Shown here: positions 45,139 through 54,744 of the stretch, one piece after another | How the letters are laid out: the number at the start of each line of letters is the position of its first letter | Position numbering within the stretch: position 1 is the stretch's first letter | Assembly: GCA_020632975.1 (NCBI GenBank) | Contig: JACKEL010000001.1 | Location: 151,983 to 215,982, forward strand | Reading direction: 5' to 3' | Length of the DNA: 64,000 bases | From: Myxococcales bacterium | Lineage (GTDB): Bacteria; Myxococcota_C; UBA6777 | Translations under genes and position numbers: made by a program | The notes under the pieces: model-generated | Database searches by the model: none | Seen by the model: only the letters and a program-made list of their open reading frames with translations | Told to the model about the DNA's origin: nothing

Positions 45139-46087
45139 AAAGAAGCTCAACAACACCCAAGCCCTTCATACCATCGTCAAGACCATGAAGTCGCTTGCGG
45201 CTGTGAGCATCCGTCAATACGAACGCGCGGTCTCCTCGCTCCAAGACTACCACCGCACCTTGGAATTGAGCTTTCGCATCGTCTTGCGGCAACATGGGAT
45301 CGAAGCACTCACCCACCGCGACAAGCCCATCCACCTCATCGCTGTGGTCTTTGGCTCTGATCAAGGACTTTGTGGAACACTCAATGAAGTGATCGCCAAC
45401 CACGTCGAAAGCACCGTGCTCACGCAAGATGCGTCTCCCTTGCAACGACTTGCAGCCCAACAACCCAAACAGGATCTAAGCCAAGATCCCGATGGCGTCG
45501 AAGCCATCGAAAAGATCGTCAACTACGGTCCTTATCAAAGCCGCACCCTCTTTGGCGTAGGAGAACGCGCTGCGGTACAACTCGAAGACCGCGGGTGGAA
45601 CCTGCAACAAGTCTTTCCAGTTCCTGTTTCCATCGCGGGCGTCACGCCTGTCATGCAAGAATTGCTTTTTGCCCTCGAAGAAAAACGCCAGTCCCTTGAG
45701 CCCGTCCAGATCTTGCTTTTTCACAATCGCCCCGTTGATACCGCGAGTTTTACACCCGTCTGCACCCCTCTTTGGCCTGTTGATCAAGCATGGTTGGGAA
45801 CCCTCGAAAAGAAGCCTTGGCCCACTCGCCAGCTTCCGGGCTTCGATCTCCCATGGCGCACGCTCTTTGCGAGCTTGCTCCAACAGCATCTGTTTGTTTC
45901 GTTGTATCGATCTTGCGTAGAGTCCCTTGCGAGCGAGTTTGCAAGCCGCCTTGCTTCCATGCAGTCCGCAGAAAAAAACATCGAGCGATTACTCGACGAC
46001 CTTGGGCTATCGTTTCAACAACAACGCCAAGACGCCATCACCTCAGAACTCCTCGATATCGTCGCAGGTGCGGAAGCACTGCGCTAA
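45116..46087 (+). CDS. atpG: ATP synthase gamma subunit
   Basis: [38 protein letters not shown] is a typical gamma N-terminus. GAGGA lies 6 nt upstream of ATG 45116. The gene overlaps the atpA 3' end. Confidence 0.8.
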   Translation: MSTLEEIKKKLNNTQALHTIVKTMKSLAAVSIRQYERAVSSLQDYHRTLELSFRIVLRQHGIEALTHRDKPIHLIAVVFGSDQGLCGTLNEVIANHVESTVLTQDASPLQRLAAQQPKQDLSQDPDGVEAIEKIVNYGPYQSRTLFGVGERAAVQLEDRGWNLQQVFPVPVSIAGVTPVMQELLFALEEKRQSLEPVQILLFHNRPVDTASFTPVCTPLWPVDQAWLGTLEKKPWPTRQLPGFDLPWRTLFASLLQQHLFVSLYRSCVESLASEFASRLASMQSAEKNIERLLDDLGLSFQQQRQDAITSELLDIVAGAEALR

Positions 46088-46109
46088 TCACCCCCAAAGA
46101 GAAGACACA

Positions 46110-47069
46110 TTAAGCGTTTGCTTGCTGCTCCTTAAATCGACGCTTTTTCACAGCAAAAGCAAGCCCTTGTGCGTTGAGCATGATGTCGATTTCACAAAGC
46201 TTTCTGCGTTCATCTTCTAACGAAAACCCCAAAGATGTCATCCTTTGCGCAAACTCCCCTCGGACTTTTTCTACAAAAAAGGCATCCAAAGCATCTTCAG
46301 CGAGCCCAGCACTGTAGGCTTCTTCGAGCCATGCTTGGTAGAGCGAAAGTTGTTCGCGCAAAGACGCGGCAGTTTCGGCAAGTTCGCGGACTTCTCCATA
46401 GTGGGTAGGGAACACCCTTTTTGCGCCCACAGCCAAGATCTTGTCGATGCTTTGCAAAGCGGCATCCGCGTCAAAGTCCGTTGGAGGGCTCGAAGGGAAC
46501 ACAAATCGACCATACTCTTGGAGGGCTGGATACGTGATGCCAAAGTTATCGCCCGCAAAGACGGCGTCGAGCGCATCATCATGGATGCAAAAGTGGTGGT
46601 TGGCGTGGCCACGGGTATAAAAAAACCGCAGACGCCGCGCTCCAAAAACCAAGACCTCGCCATCCTCCATGATCCGCACACGCTCCGCAGGGACGGGAAG
46701 AAGCGTGCCATACAGTGCGGCAAATTGTTCTTCTCCGTAGATCTGCGTGGCGCTCGCGATCAATTTATCAGGCTGGATCATGTGTGGCGCACCGCGAGGA
46801 TGCACAAGCAGCGTTGCATGAGGACAAGCCTGCATCAAAGCCCCCGCACCACCAGCATGATCCAAGTGGATATGCGTCAGGATGATGTAGCGCACTTGCT
46901 CTGGATTCAGGCCCTCTTCTTCTAGGCCCTTCAACAAGTGAGGCAAAGCCAAGTTGGTGTTGGTCTCGATAAATGCGGCCTCATCGCCTTCACGCAACAG
47001 ATACGCCGCAGCGACTCCCTGATGTCCTGTGTAATCGCAATCAATGACCTTTGGACCCAAACTCGACAT
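46110..47069 (-). CDS. MBL-fold metallo-hydrolase
   Basis: HxHxDH motif in ILTHIHLDHAGGAGAL. AAGGAG lies 6 nt upstream of ATG 47069. Confidence 0.75.
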   Translation of the reverse strand: MSSLGPKVIDCDYTGHQGVAAAYLLREGDEAAFIETNTNLALPHLLKGLEEEGLNPEQVRYIILTHIHLDHAGGAGALMQACPHATLLVHPRGAPHMIQPDKLIASATQIYGEEQFAALYGTLLPVPAERVRIMEDGEVLVFGARRLRFFYTRGHANHHFCIHDDALDAVFAGDNFGITYPALQEYGRFVFPSSPPTDFDADAALQSIDKILAVGAKRVFPTHYGEVRELAETAASLREQLSLYQAWLEEAYSAGLAEDALDAFFVEKVRGEFAQRMTSLGFSLEDERRKLCEIDIMLNAQGLAFAVKKRRFKEQQANA

Positions 47070-47131
47070 GCTTTTCTCCTTCGTGCTGTGTCGCAAGATA
47101 CCCGAACCATGCGCACCATGAAACAACTCTC

Positions 47132-47773
47132 TTAGGACGCAAGACCTTCCTTCAGTTTTCGTTCAAAACGAAGCTCGCCATCCACTTCCGCAACCCGTGT
47201 AAAGCCCATCTTTTGCAGATAGCGGGCGTGTGCATCGCTTCGTGCTTCTGCAAGGAGTCTATAAACCCCCATCTCTCGGAAGATAGCAACACTTTCCTCG
47301 AAGAGAAAGTGCCCAGCTTTGTAGTCACGGTAGGCCGGCGGAACATAATCCAAAAGGATATGAAAGTCTTTTTCATCTTCTACACGACCAAGCAAAACCC
47401 CTGCGATTTGTAGATCGCGCAACACGTAATAGCCCGTCAGTCCGTCCACTTCTGTAGAACGAAAGACTGGAAAATACTGACGAATATCTTCTTCATAATG
47501 CTGCAAAAAATATTGTAAATAAGGGCTATGTGTGGACATCGGCAACAAGCAAAACTTGGCTTTGTTGCGGAAAAGTCGCGTCAAGAAGATCACATTCAAG
47601 GTCATCGTCAAAGAGTTTAATAAAACAACAGGATACGCCCCAATCAACAAACCATAGGTCGCAAAAAGGCAAGCACCACACAAATTGATCAAACGCAGAC
47701 GCACGATGGAAGTCATCGTTAAAGACAACGCAATCACCGCACTCGCAAGATAACCTAACCAGACCACAGACAT
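47132..47773 (-). CDS. inner-membrane YgjV-like domain fused to a C-terminal GNAT-like domain (tentative)
   Basis: N-terminus MSVVWLGYLASAVIALSLTMTSIVRLRLINLCGACLFATYGLLIGAYPVVLLN (3 TM). The soluble C-terminal half (YRDYKAGHFLFEESVAIFREMGVYRLL) is weakly acetyltransferase-like. Confidence 0.4.
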   Translation of the reverse strand: MSVVWLGYLASAVIALSLTMTSIVRLRLINLCGACLFATYGLLIGAYPVVLLNSLTMTLNVIFLTRLFRNKAKFCLLPMSTHSPYLQYFLQHYEEDIRQYFPVFRSTEVDGLTGYYVLRDLQIAGVLLGRVEDEKDFHILLDYVPPAYRDYKAGHFLFEESVAIFREMGVYRLLAEARSDAHARYLQKMGFTRVAEVDGELRFERKLKEGLAS

Positions 47774-48032
47774 CGAAGATCACCTAATTTCTCGCCCACC
47801 AAGGGCTTGGCTCATAAACAATCCCCCAAAGCGCAGAAGAGATAACACCAAAACACACAAAGGCAAGCCTTTTCAGCCCCACCACCACAGGACCCACCTG
47901 CCAAAGCGCCGCCCTCACTTTGCCAAAGCCTCGCCTGTAGAAAAAGATGCACCCCCCCCCAAATTACCGAAAAAAAGAAGAGATGACATCGACAAAAAAA
48001 GACGACAACGCAAAAGGAAGGGAGTGAGCGAC

Positions 48033-48848
48033 TTATGTGCGTGTCAGCATCACTTCGTCGATGGCATCGAGCGCATCAGCAGCCCCCATCGTGATGGCGA
48101 TCGGCTCATCGTAATGTTCGTGCGTGCTCGGATCGGGATTGATGCTGATGACTTGTGGTTTATGTTGCATCTCTTCGGGCCAAGAAAACCATAGCGTGGT
48201 GCCGATCACCACGTAGGCATCGACATCTCCGCGTCCAAGGAAGTTTTGATAAAACTGCCATGCGGGCTCTCGCTCGATAAAGTCAGGGTCATGCTCCATC
48301 TGCATCCGAGGTCGTGCCAAGTCCCCGCAGAAAGGGCAACGTGGAAAGTTATGTGCTTCCATTGTCTCAAGATCCAAGTCGCAAAGCTCGACCCGTTTTT
48401 CAGGCCACCAATGACCCGTGCAACGCGAAAGGCACTGGAGTTCCCAGATGTTTCCATAGCGCTCCCACATCAAACTGTCAGGAACGCCCGCACGACGGTG
48501 CAAATCATCAACATTGGTCGTCAGCAAAAAAGCATCCGGGATCACATCCAAAAGCCAACGTGTGATCACAGGATATCCCTTGTGCAAGGGCGCTTTTCCC
48601 ATCTGGCGTCTCATATATTCCGCAAAAGCCCAAGCATACTGCGGTCTCTCTCGATAACCGGGAGGATTCGAAAAGTCTGCGGGGCGTAATCCCAGACGCG
48701 TAAAAGGCTGAAAGTCCCGCCAACGGCCTTCTTTGTCGCGATAGGTTGGGATGCCCGAGTCCGCGGACATCCCAGCCCCCGTACTCACGAGCACCCGCTT
48801 GGCTCCCAACAAAGCATCTGCGGCCTGTTCAATCGATGTGTCGCTCAC
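48033..48848 (-). CDS. Sir2-family (sirtuin-like) NAD-binding protein; Tyr at the position of the catalytic His
   Basis: GAGMSADSGIPTYR, TTNVDDLHRRAG and a Zn ribbon (CLSRCTGH...CPFCG). The segment aligning to sirtuin V-I-E-L-H-G-N reads W-E-R-Y-G-N. The gene lies 28 bp downstream of the kinase gene on the same strand. Confidence 0.8.
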   Translation of the reverse strand: MSDTSIEQAADALLGAKRVLVSTGAGMSADSGIPTYRDKEGRWRDFQPFTRLGLRPADFSNPPGYRERPQYAWAFAEYMRRQMGKAPLHKGYPVITRWLLDVIPDAFLLTTNVDDLHRRAGVPDSLMWERYGNIWELQCLSRCTGHWWPEKRVELCDLDLETMEAHNFPRCPFCGDLARPRMQMEHDPDFIEREPAWQFYQNFLGRGDVDAYVVIGTTLWFSWPEEMQHKPQVISINPDPSTHEHYDEPIAITMGAADALDAIDEVMLTRT

Positions 48849-48875
48849 CCGAACCCCCTCGCTTTGGTGGATGTT

Positions 48876-51800
48876 TTATGGAGTGCTCTTCATCTTTTCA
48901 AGGAGACGCCGAGCTTGTGCTAACAAGCGATCACGCATGGGACTTTTGGGAAAATGCAACAACTTTTCAACACGCATCTCCAAGGTCTTCAGCAATTGTT
49001 TTCGCTGCGCTTCCTGCTTTCGTTGCGCTTCCTGCTTTTGCTGCGCTTCCTGCTTTTGCTGGGCCTCCTGCTTTCGCGGCCTTTCCTCCTGGAGCCTCAC
49101 TTCGTTTGCCACGGTGCCTCTAAAAGAGAGCGACTTCCCCTTGCGAAGAGAACCATTGTGGCGAGAAAACCGCCGCTCCGCCAAAAGCTTGATATCTGGC
49201 TTGCGTGGCTGAGCTTTCTTTTCTGTAGGGCCCTTTGCCTTGGGCTTTGCTCTTCCTCCCCAGTCTGCTGCTGCCCCAGGCTGGTTACTTTGTTGAGGGA
49301 CGTTTTCTTGCTCAGGCATCGGTGGCTTTTGGATAGCCTTTTGATCGTCGACAGGGGCATCTTGTTTGGCAAGCCCAAGTTCACGAGGAAGAGGTGGAGG
49401 CGAAGCACTTTCTTGTTTACGAGGCTCTACAACTTCCGTAGGGACGGGTGTTTGCATCGCAACCATCGAAACTTCAAGCAGCGCAGCATGAGCATCAAAG
49501 AAGTCAGACTTTTTCTGAATCGAAGAAGACAGCAGCTTCTCTGCCAAGCGCAGCTTTTGAAGGCGTAGCTCTGGCTGATCTTGTAGCTTCTTGGCGGCCA
49601 AAAGCATCGTTCGACCTGCCACATACAACGCCCAAGGTGCGCGAGACTGCGTATCAGAGATCTGTTTCATCAGTTCGGCGATTTGTTGGCTTTGAAAGAC
49701 GGCATCTTGGGAGCCTGTCTTTTTCGACCACTCCACCAAACCCATCCACATATACCCGATCGCCAACTGTCCAAGACCATCAGGAAGCACCTGATGAACA
49801 GGTTTGAGTTGCTTGAGACCCAACTGAAACCACTTCACAGGTGAGCGTCCTTGTTGGCTTTCCTGTTGTCCCCGCAGATAGGAGAAAAGTCCTTCAAAAG
49901 CTTGTATGTACTTTTGCGGAAAGCGACCCAGCGGACTCTTTGGATCTTTGAGCCTTTGCAGCAGTTTGTCTCCGCGTTGTAGGAACAGACGAGGCTCTGC
50001 GCGGTAGCGGATCTGGTGATAAGCACACAACCATGTCCCATAAAGATACGGAAGTGCCGTTCCCATCGGCTCTAGGTGAAAAGCTCGCTCGTACAAATCC
50101 AACGATTGACGACAGTTTTGTCCAGGCGCTTCCCCCTGCCACATCGACTGTTCAGCCAAAGTAGAATGAACCATCGCACTTTCCAAAAGCAAAGCGCTAT
50201 CTTGTGGATAAAGCGCCAAAGCCTTTTCGCTGTGTTGAATCGAGGTCTTGAGATAAGACGCGCTCTCTTTTTGGTGAAGCTCAAAGGCACGACGCCCACG
50301 AAACCCTTGCAAAAGCGTCAACAAAAGATGGGCACGCTGGGTATCAGGTCGCACGACCAAGGCTTTCTCGCAAGAAGCGATACCTTTCTCGACCACACCG
50401 CCCGAATACATCTGAAGACTTTCCGCCACCCGCGCATACACAGCATAAGCAAAGCAAAGTGACTCGTACAAAGCCGCATCACTGGGAGCGATCTTCAAAG
50501 CCCGACGAAGCTGGCCAACAGCCTTGTCGTAGTGGACTTTTGCTTGATCCAGGTGTTCTTTGCGACGACTTTTGTCGGCCTTTTGGTAAAGACGAAGATG
50601 CAGCGCCACACGGCTCCAATGGATGTGCGCTTGCAAACGCAAAAGCTCATACATCCAAGGATGCTCCGCAAAGTTCTTTTGCAACACCTCCAAAGCACGT
50701 GCCCAAGCACCATCAGCAACAAGTCGCATCGCCTGTAACACCGCAACATCCGCAGGATCGCGGCCTGCCTGAGAAAGCTTTCCTCCACCTTGAAAACTGC
50801 TCAACTGTCGACGCAAACGCTCGGCCTTTGGCTTTTTGAGCATGTGGCGCTGACCCGCATGAATCCAATAATCTTCCCATCCCATATAGGCCAACATCGG
50901 CCCCGCTGCTCGTTCACCCAACGACCAAGCCCGTCGCAGATGCTCCTTGGCTTCGCCCCGCTGTCCCAAGCGCAGATAAACCATCCCTACGCTGTATTGG
51001 GCAAAACCACGCAAGATCTCATCGACTTTTTCTGCATCACGACGCAAGCTATCGAGGATCGACTTGGCTTTGCCTCGTTCAGGACTCGTGTCATGCAATG
51101 GAAGCATCGAAGATAGCCGCATCAACGACGTCACTTTTTGAGAGCGCTCTTGCAACGACAACGTCCAAAAACGCACTTTGTGTGCCTGTGCCAAGGCCGC
51201 TTGTTGCTGCTTTTGCTTCTCCAAAAGCGCACGCTCACGCTCTTGATGGCGTTTCCATGCTTGAAACCCCAAGCCTCCCAACGCCACGCTCAACAACAAC
51301 ACCGTCCCCATGATCCAGCGATGTTGGTACAAACGCTTGCGAAAACGATATGCCCATCCCGTCCTCGCTTCGACGGGCTCTCCCTCCAAAAAGCGTGTAA
51401 GATCCGCCACCAACGCTGCTGCTGACAAGTAACGCTGCGCGGGGACTTTGGCCAAGCATTTGCGCACGATGGCATCCAGATCGCGAGGAACACCAAAACG
51501 ACGAAGAGATGGCGGTTTTTCTCGCAAGATCTGTGTAAACAACTCCACGCCTTGGTATTGAAAAGGAGGCGTCCCCGCAAGGCACTCATAAAAAGTCACA
51601 CCGAGCCCGTAAACGTCGGTAGGACGGTCAAGATGTGTAGGGTCTCCTAAGATTTGTTCAGGCGACATATAAAGCGGAGTCCCAACAAGGGACTTTCCGC
51701 TGCTTACGTGGTTTTGCGTGAGCTCGTGTGCGATCCCAAAGTCCAAGATATAAGGATGCCAAGCCCCTTCTTCATCTCGTTGGACCAAGATATTGGAAGG

Positions 51801-52328
51801 TTTGATATCGCGGTGGAGCAACCCTTGGCGATGCGCGGCGTGAATTGCGTCTGCAAGCTTTCGAAAGACCTCGACTTTTTGCTGCAAGGTCATCTTGAGA
51901 GAGGCCTTGTCTAAGGTCTCTCCTTTGATGTGTTGCATCGAGATATAAGGGAACCCCTCATAGGTCCCCACTTCATAAACCTTACAGATATTCGGATGAT
52001 CCGCCCTCGCTTGCGCTTGCGCTTCCCACAACAAACGCTCCAAACGCTTTGCATCACACCGCTGGATAAACTTGAGGGCCGTGACACGGCGCAGTGTCTC
52101 GTCGAACACCCGAAACACCAAGCCCGCGCCCCCCTTGCCCAAGGTCCCATGGAAAGAATAACGCGGCCAATCATCGAACAATGCCTCGCCGATCTCCATA
52201 GGTGCTTCAGGAGACGCCACCCACTCACCAGTAGGGGGCAAAGCCACCTCATTCACGGTCTCGGTTTCATCGAGGGTTCCTTCGCGGAACAACAACGTCT
52301 CTTTGGTATGAAAAGACAACTCGCTCAA
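48876..52328 (-). CDS. membrane Ser/Thr protein kinase with extracytoplasmic TPR-repeat region and C-terminal Lys/Gln/Glu-rich repeat tail
   Basis: Kinase motifs GKGGAGLVFRV...ALK, HRDIKPSNILV, DFGIA and GTPLYMSPE. TM segment WIMGTVLLLSVALGGLGF. About 600 aa of TPR-like helices. Tail (QKQEAQ)x4. TTG start 52328 with AAAGGA at 8-nt spacing. Confidence 0.8.
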   Translation of the reverse strand: MSELSFHTKETLLFREGTLDETETVNEVALPPTGEWVASPEAPMEIGEALFDDWPRYSFHGTLGKGGAGLVFRVFDETLRRVTALKFIQRCDAKRLERLLWEAQAQARADHPNICKVYEVGTYEGFPYISMQHIKGETLDKASLKMTLQQKVEVFRKLADAIHAAHRQGLLHRDIKPSNILVQRDEEGAWHPYILDFGIAHELTQNHVSSGKSLVGTPLYMSPEQILGDPTHLDRPTDVYGLGVTFYECLAGTPPFQYQGVELFTQILREKPPSLRRFGVPRDLDAIVRKCLAKVPAQRYLSAAALVADLTRFLEGEPVEARTGWAYRFRKRLYQHRWIMGTVLLLSVALGGLGFQAWKRHQERERALLEKQKQQQAALAQAHKVRFWTLSLQERSQKVTSLMRLSSMLPLHDTSPERGKAKSILDSLRRDAEKVDEILRGFAQYSVGMVYLRLGQRGEAKEHLRRAWSLGERAAGPMLAYMGWEDYWIHAGQRHMLKKPKAERLRRQLSSFQGGGKLSQAGRDPADVAVLQAMRLVADGAWARALEVLQKNFAEHPWMYELLRLQAHIHWSRVALHLRLYQKADKSRRKEHLDQAKVHYDKAVGQLRRALKIAPSDAALYESLCFAYAVYARVAESLQMYSGGVVEKGIASCEKALVVRPDTQRAHLLLTLLQGFRGRRAFELHQKESASYLKTSIQHSEKALALYPQDSALLLESAMVHSTLAEQSMWQGEAPGQNCRQSLDLYERAFHLEPMGTALPYLYGTWLCAYHQIRYRAEPRLFLQRGDKLLQRLKDPKSPLGRFPQKYIQAFEGLFSYLRGQQESQQGRSPVKWFQLGLKQLKPVHQVLPDGLGQLAIGYMWMGLVEWSKKTGSQDAVFQSQQIAELMKQISDTQSRAPWALYVAGRTMLLAAKKLQDQPELRLQKLRLAEKLLSSSIQKKSDFFDAHAALLEVSMVAMQTPVPTEVVEPRKQESASPPPLPRELGLAKQDAPVDDQKAIQKPPMPEQENVPQQSNQPGAAADWGGRAKPKAKGPTEKKAQPRKPDIKLLAERRFSRHNGSLRKGKSLSFRGTVANEVRLQEERPRKQEAQQKQEAQQKQEAQRKQEAQRKQLLKTLEMRVEKLLHFPKSPMRDRLLAQARRLLEKMKSTP
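49006..49077. repeat. 4 x 18-bp tandem repeat (gcgcttcctgcttt[tc]g[ct]t) encoding (QKQEAQ)n in the kinase C-terminal tail
   Basis: Read directly at 49006-49077. Confidence 0.6.
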
Positions 52329-52701
52329 AGCTCGATCCTTTCTTGCACAGCGATTTTGGCTACAGGTCCATCATGATAGAAACAACCTGCGACACAAGCA
52401 AGCACAACATAGAGATACGGCTGTTCCGTCCCCGAGATCTGGACGTCAGGTGATCTCTCGCCAAAAAAAATCAAACGCGAGACTAAAGCCTTCCCACGAC
52501 CCGTCGTTCTAGATACATGTCGGCAAGAAACAGCATCAAGGACGAAGCTGGCCACCCAAAAGAAAACCGCACGGATGCGGTTGATTCTTTTGAACTTCTT
52601 TGCCTCTCCTCGCATCAACACGATGCCATTTTTTAAACATTATTTCATTTGATCCTGCTCCACGGATGGAGCAGATCTTCAAGAAAGAAGAGGATCACCC
52701 C

Positions 52702-52974
52702 ATGTCTATCTTCTCTACACAACAACAAGAACGCGTATTTTTCCGTGATGTTACCCGTGATGACTTACTCTCCGCACAACACATTAATATCTCACAGCTT
52801 CCAACGCTGATCTTGCCCGCTGCACGGAAAAAACGCAAAATCGAAACCATTTACCTCGGACAAAAACCTACGCAAGAAGAAAATATCTCCACACGTATCG
52901 ACCTTCCACAAGCACAGATGACACAAGAGTTTGGGGCATCTTGGCCGATTATCGAAGAAGATCATCATAAATAA
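52702..52974 (+). CDS. hypothetical 90-aa protein in an AT-richer segment
   Basis: GAAGAGGA lies 7 nt upstream of ATG 52702. It is preceded by a perfect 8-bp inverted repeat CTGCTCCA-cgga-TGGAGCAG at 52656-52675 and followed by a hairpin plus T-run at 53039-53071. Confidence 0.35.
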   Translation: MSIFSTQQQERVFFRDVTRDDLLSAQHINISQLPTLILPAARKKRKIETIYLGQKPTQEENISTRIDLPQAQMTQEFGASWPIIEEDHHK

Positions 52975-53038
52975 GATCGATCTCTCGTCGTACATCCCTT
53001 CCAAGACGATAGCATCAAGGATGATGCACTTTCCGCCC

Positions 53039-53071
53039 AAAAAGGGAGATGCAAGGATGCTCTCCCTTTTT
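53039..53071 (+). terminator. hairpin aaaagggaga-N11-tctcccttttt (terminator-like, could act in both directions)
   Basis: 10-bp stem whose distal arm runs into TTTTT. Located 65 nt after the 52702-52974 ORF. Confidence 0.3.
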
Positions 53072-53221
53072 GGATATTTCCCGTCTACAAAAAGAAGGAG
53101 TCTGTAAAAGAAAAAGCAAAATTCTCACTTTTCCACTTTTTTCTCAATGACAAACAGCTCGACTTCACAGCAAGAACGCATCATGGATGATGCAAGCTCC
53201 TAGGAAAAGGAGGGTTCGATT

Positions 53222-54247
53222 ATGCCCAGAACCAAAAAAAAACGAGAAAAAGTCGTATTTGTTGACGTCACAGACGAATACCCCAAGATCAAATCACCCA
53301 CAGCATCACCCGAGCCCCCAAAACAAATGGCCACAACACCAGCCTTCCCACATGCCAACTTTCCGCCCCTCCCCAAGTTTCCTCCTTTGCTCAGGGAGTC
53401 GCAACCACCGCCTTTTCAGGCCAAGCCACTTCCCACGCCACCACCTTTTCAACCGCTCCCCCATTTCCCACCCCTGCTCCAGCAAGCTACCCCTGCTTTG
53501 TCAGGTACTTTCGCGCAAGCCTTATCAGGTACTTTCGCACAAGCCCTGTCGGGCACTTTCGCACAAGCTCTGTCGGGCACTTACAGCCAAGTGTTACTTG
53601 CTGCCCAGTCCTTCTTGCTCCATTCAACAGAAAAACTCCACCGCACCTCCCGTTTCTGGATTCGCGCTGCTGATATCTTTTTTTCACTCGCCGCGATCAT
53701 TGTCTTTGGACCCGTTCTTTTGGGGATCGCCTTGATGATCAAACTGACCTCCAAAGGACCTGTATTCTTTAAACAAAAACGAGCTGGCGCACGCGGGAAA
53801 CCTTTTTGGATCTTTAAGTTTCGAACCATGCACACACAAGCTGAACAGCAAAAACAACAACTTCTCGAACAAAACGAACAAAAAGGCGGCGTGATCTTCA
53901 AAATGAAAAAAGACCCTCGCGTTACATGGTTTGGGCAGTTTCTGCGCCGCTGGTCCTTGGATGAACTTCCACAGATCCTCAACATCTTGCGCGGTGAGAT
54001 GTCCATCGTTGGGCCTCGCCCTCACCCCCTCGAAGAAGTAAGAAAATATCCTATACAAGCCTTCGAGCGACTTGCGATCAAGCCCGGTCTTACAGGGCTT
54101 TCCCAAGTCAATGGCCGCTCTGACCTCTCCTTTGAACAAACGGTTCGCTTTGATGTCGATTACATCCACGACTACAGCCTCAAGTCCTATATTTGGTTGA
54201 TCATCCGCACACCCCTCGTCGTCCTGACAGGCCGCGGTGCCTACTAA
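53222..54247 (+). CDS. polyisoprenyl-phosphate hexose-1-phosphate transferase (bacterial sugar transferase, WbaP/PssY C-terminal-domain type) with Pro-rich repeat N-terminus
   Basis: AAGGAGGG RBS. The C-terminal 200 aa contain KGPVFFKQKRAGARGKPFWIFKFRTM, WFGQFLRRWSLDELPQILNILRGEMSIVGPRPHP and ERLAIKPGLTGLSQVNGRSDLSFEQTVRFDVDYI. The N-terminus contains PLPKFPPLL..., then (SGTFAQAL)x4, then a single TM. Confidence 0.8.
   Translation: MPRTKKKREKVVFVDVTDEYPKIKSPTASPEPPKQMATTPAFPHANFPPLPKFPPLLRESQPPPFQAKPLPTPPPFQPLPHFPPLLQQATPALSGTFAQALSGTFAQALSGTFAQALSGTYSQVLLAAQSFLLHSTEKLHRTSRFWIRAADIFFSLAAIIVFGPVLLGIALMIKLTSKGPVFFKQKRAGARGKPFWIFKFRTMHTQAEQQKQQLLEQNEQKGGVIFKMKKDPRVTWFGQFLRRWSLDELPQILNILRGEMSIVGPRPHPLEEVRKYPIQAFERLAIKPGLTGLSQVNGRSDLSFEQTVRFDVDYIHDYSLKSYIWLIIRTPLVVLTGRGAY
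53501..53596. repeat. 4 x 24-bp tandem repeat (tcaggtactttcgcgcaagcctta) encoding SGTFAQAL units
   Basis: Read directly. Copies 1-3 are near-identical. Copy 4 has diverged (SGTYSQVL). Confidence 0.65.
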
Positions 54248-54744
54248 GCCAATCCTCCCAACACACCAAGCCTTGTAGCCCACACACAACACGCCAGACC
54301 ACTTCTTGCCCCGTTCATCCCGACATCCTCTTCCCAAAAGAAACATCCTATTCATCGTTTTTTCTCGTATTATCCGAAGAGATTCCCCTTCCTTTCCCAC
54401 GCCACCTCCAATCCCCAACCTCGGCATCCATGGCTATCCCACAACAACGCTAGGCACACCATCCCACACGATACAAACCTCCGAAGAGCTCACACCCCCC
54501 TCGCAAATGCCGAGATCTCCAGCAATACCACGTCGTCCAAAACATAAAGGACTCCATCTCCTTGCAGCGTGGAGCAAACAAAGACAGAGAAGACCACCTA
54601 GAAGAAAGCGAAGAAGAAGAGGCAGTTGAGAAACACGTCGGGAAACAAAAAGGTAGATCGTTGGAGGCATAAAGATGGAAAGATGAAGGTGACTGGGTGG
54701 AAGAAGAAAGACCAAGGAAGAGGAACGCACGCGAAGAGGAGGGT

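Noticed and set aside
52325-52621. 98-aa minus-strand ORF immediately upstream of the TPR kinase
   Set aside because: No RBS or motif. It overlaps the kinase TTG start by 4 nt. It is plausibly a spurious ORF in the kinase promoter region, though it is not firmly excluded.
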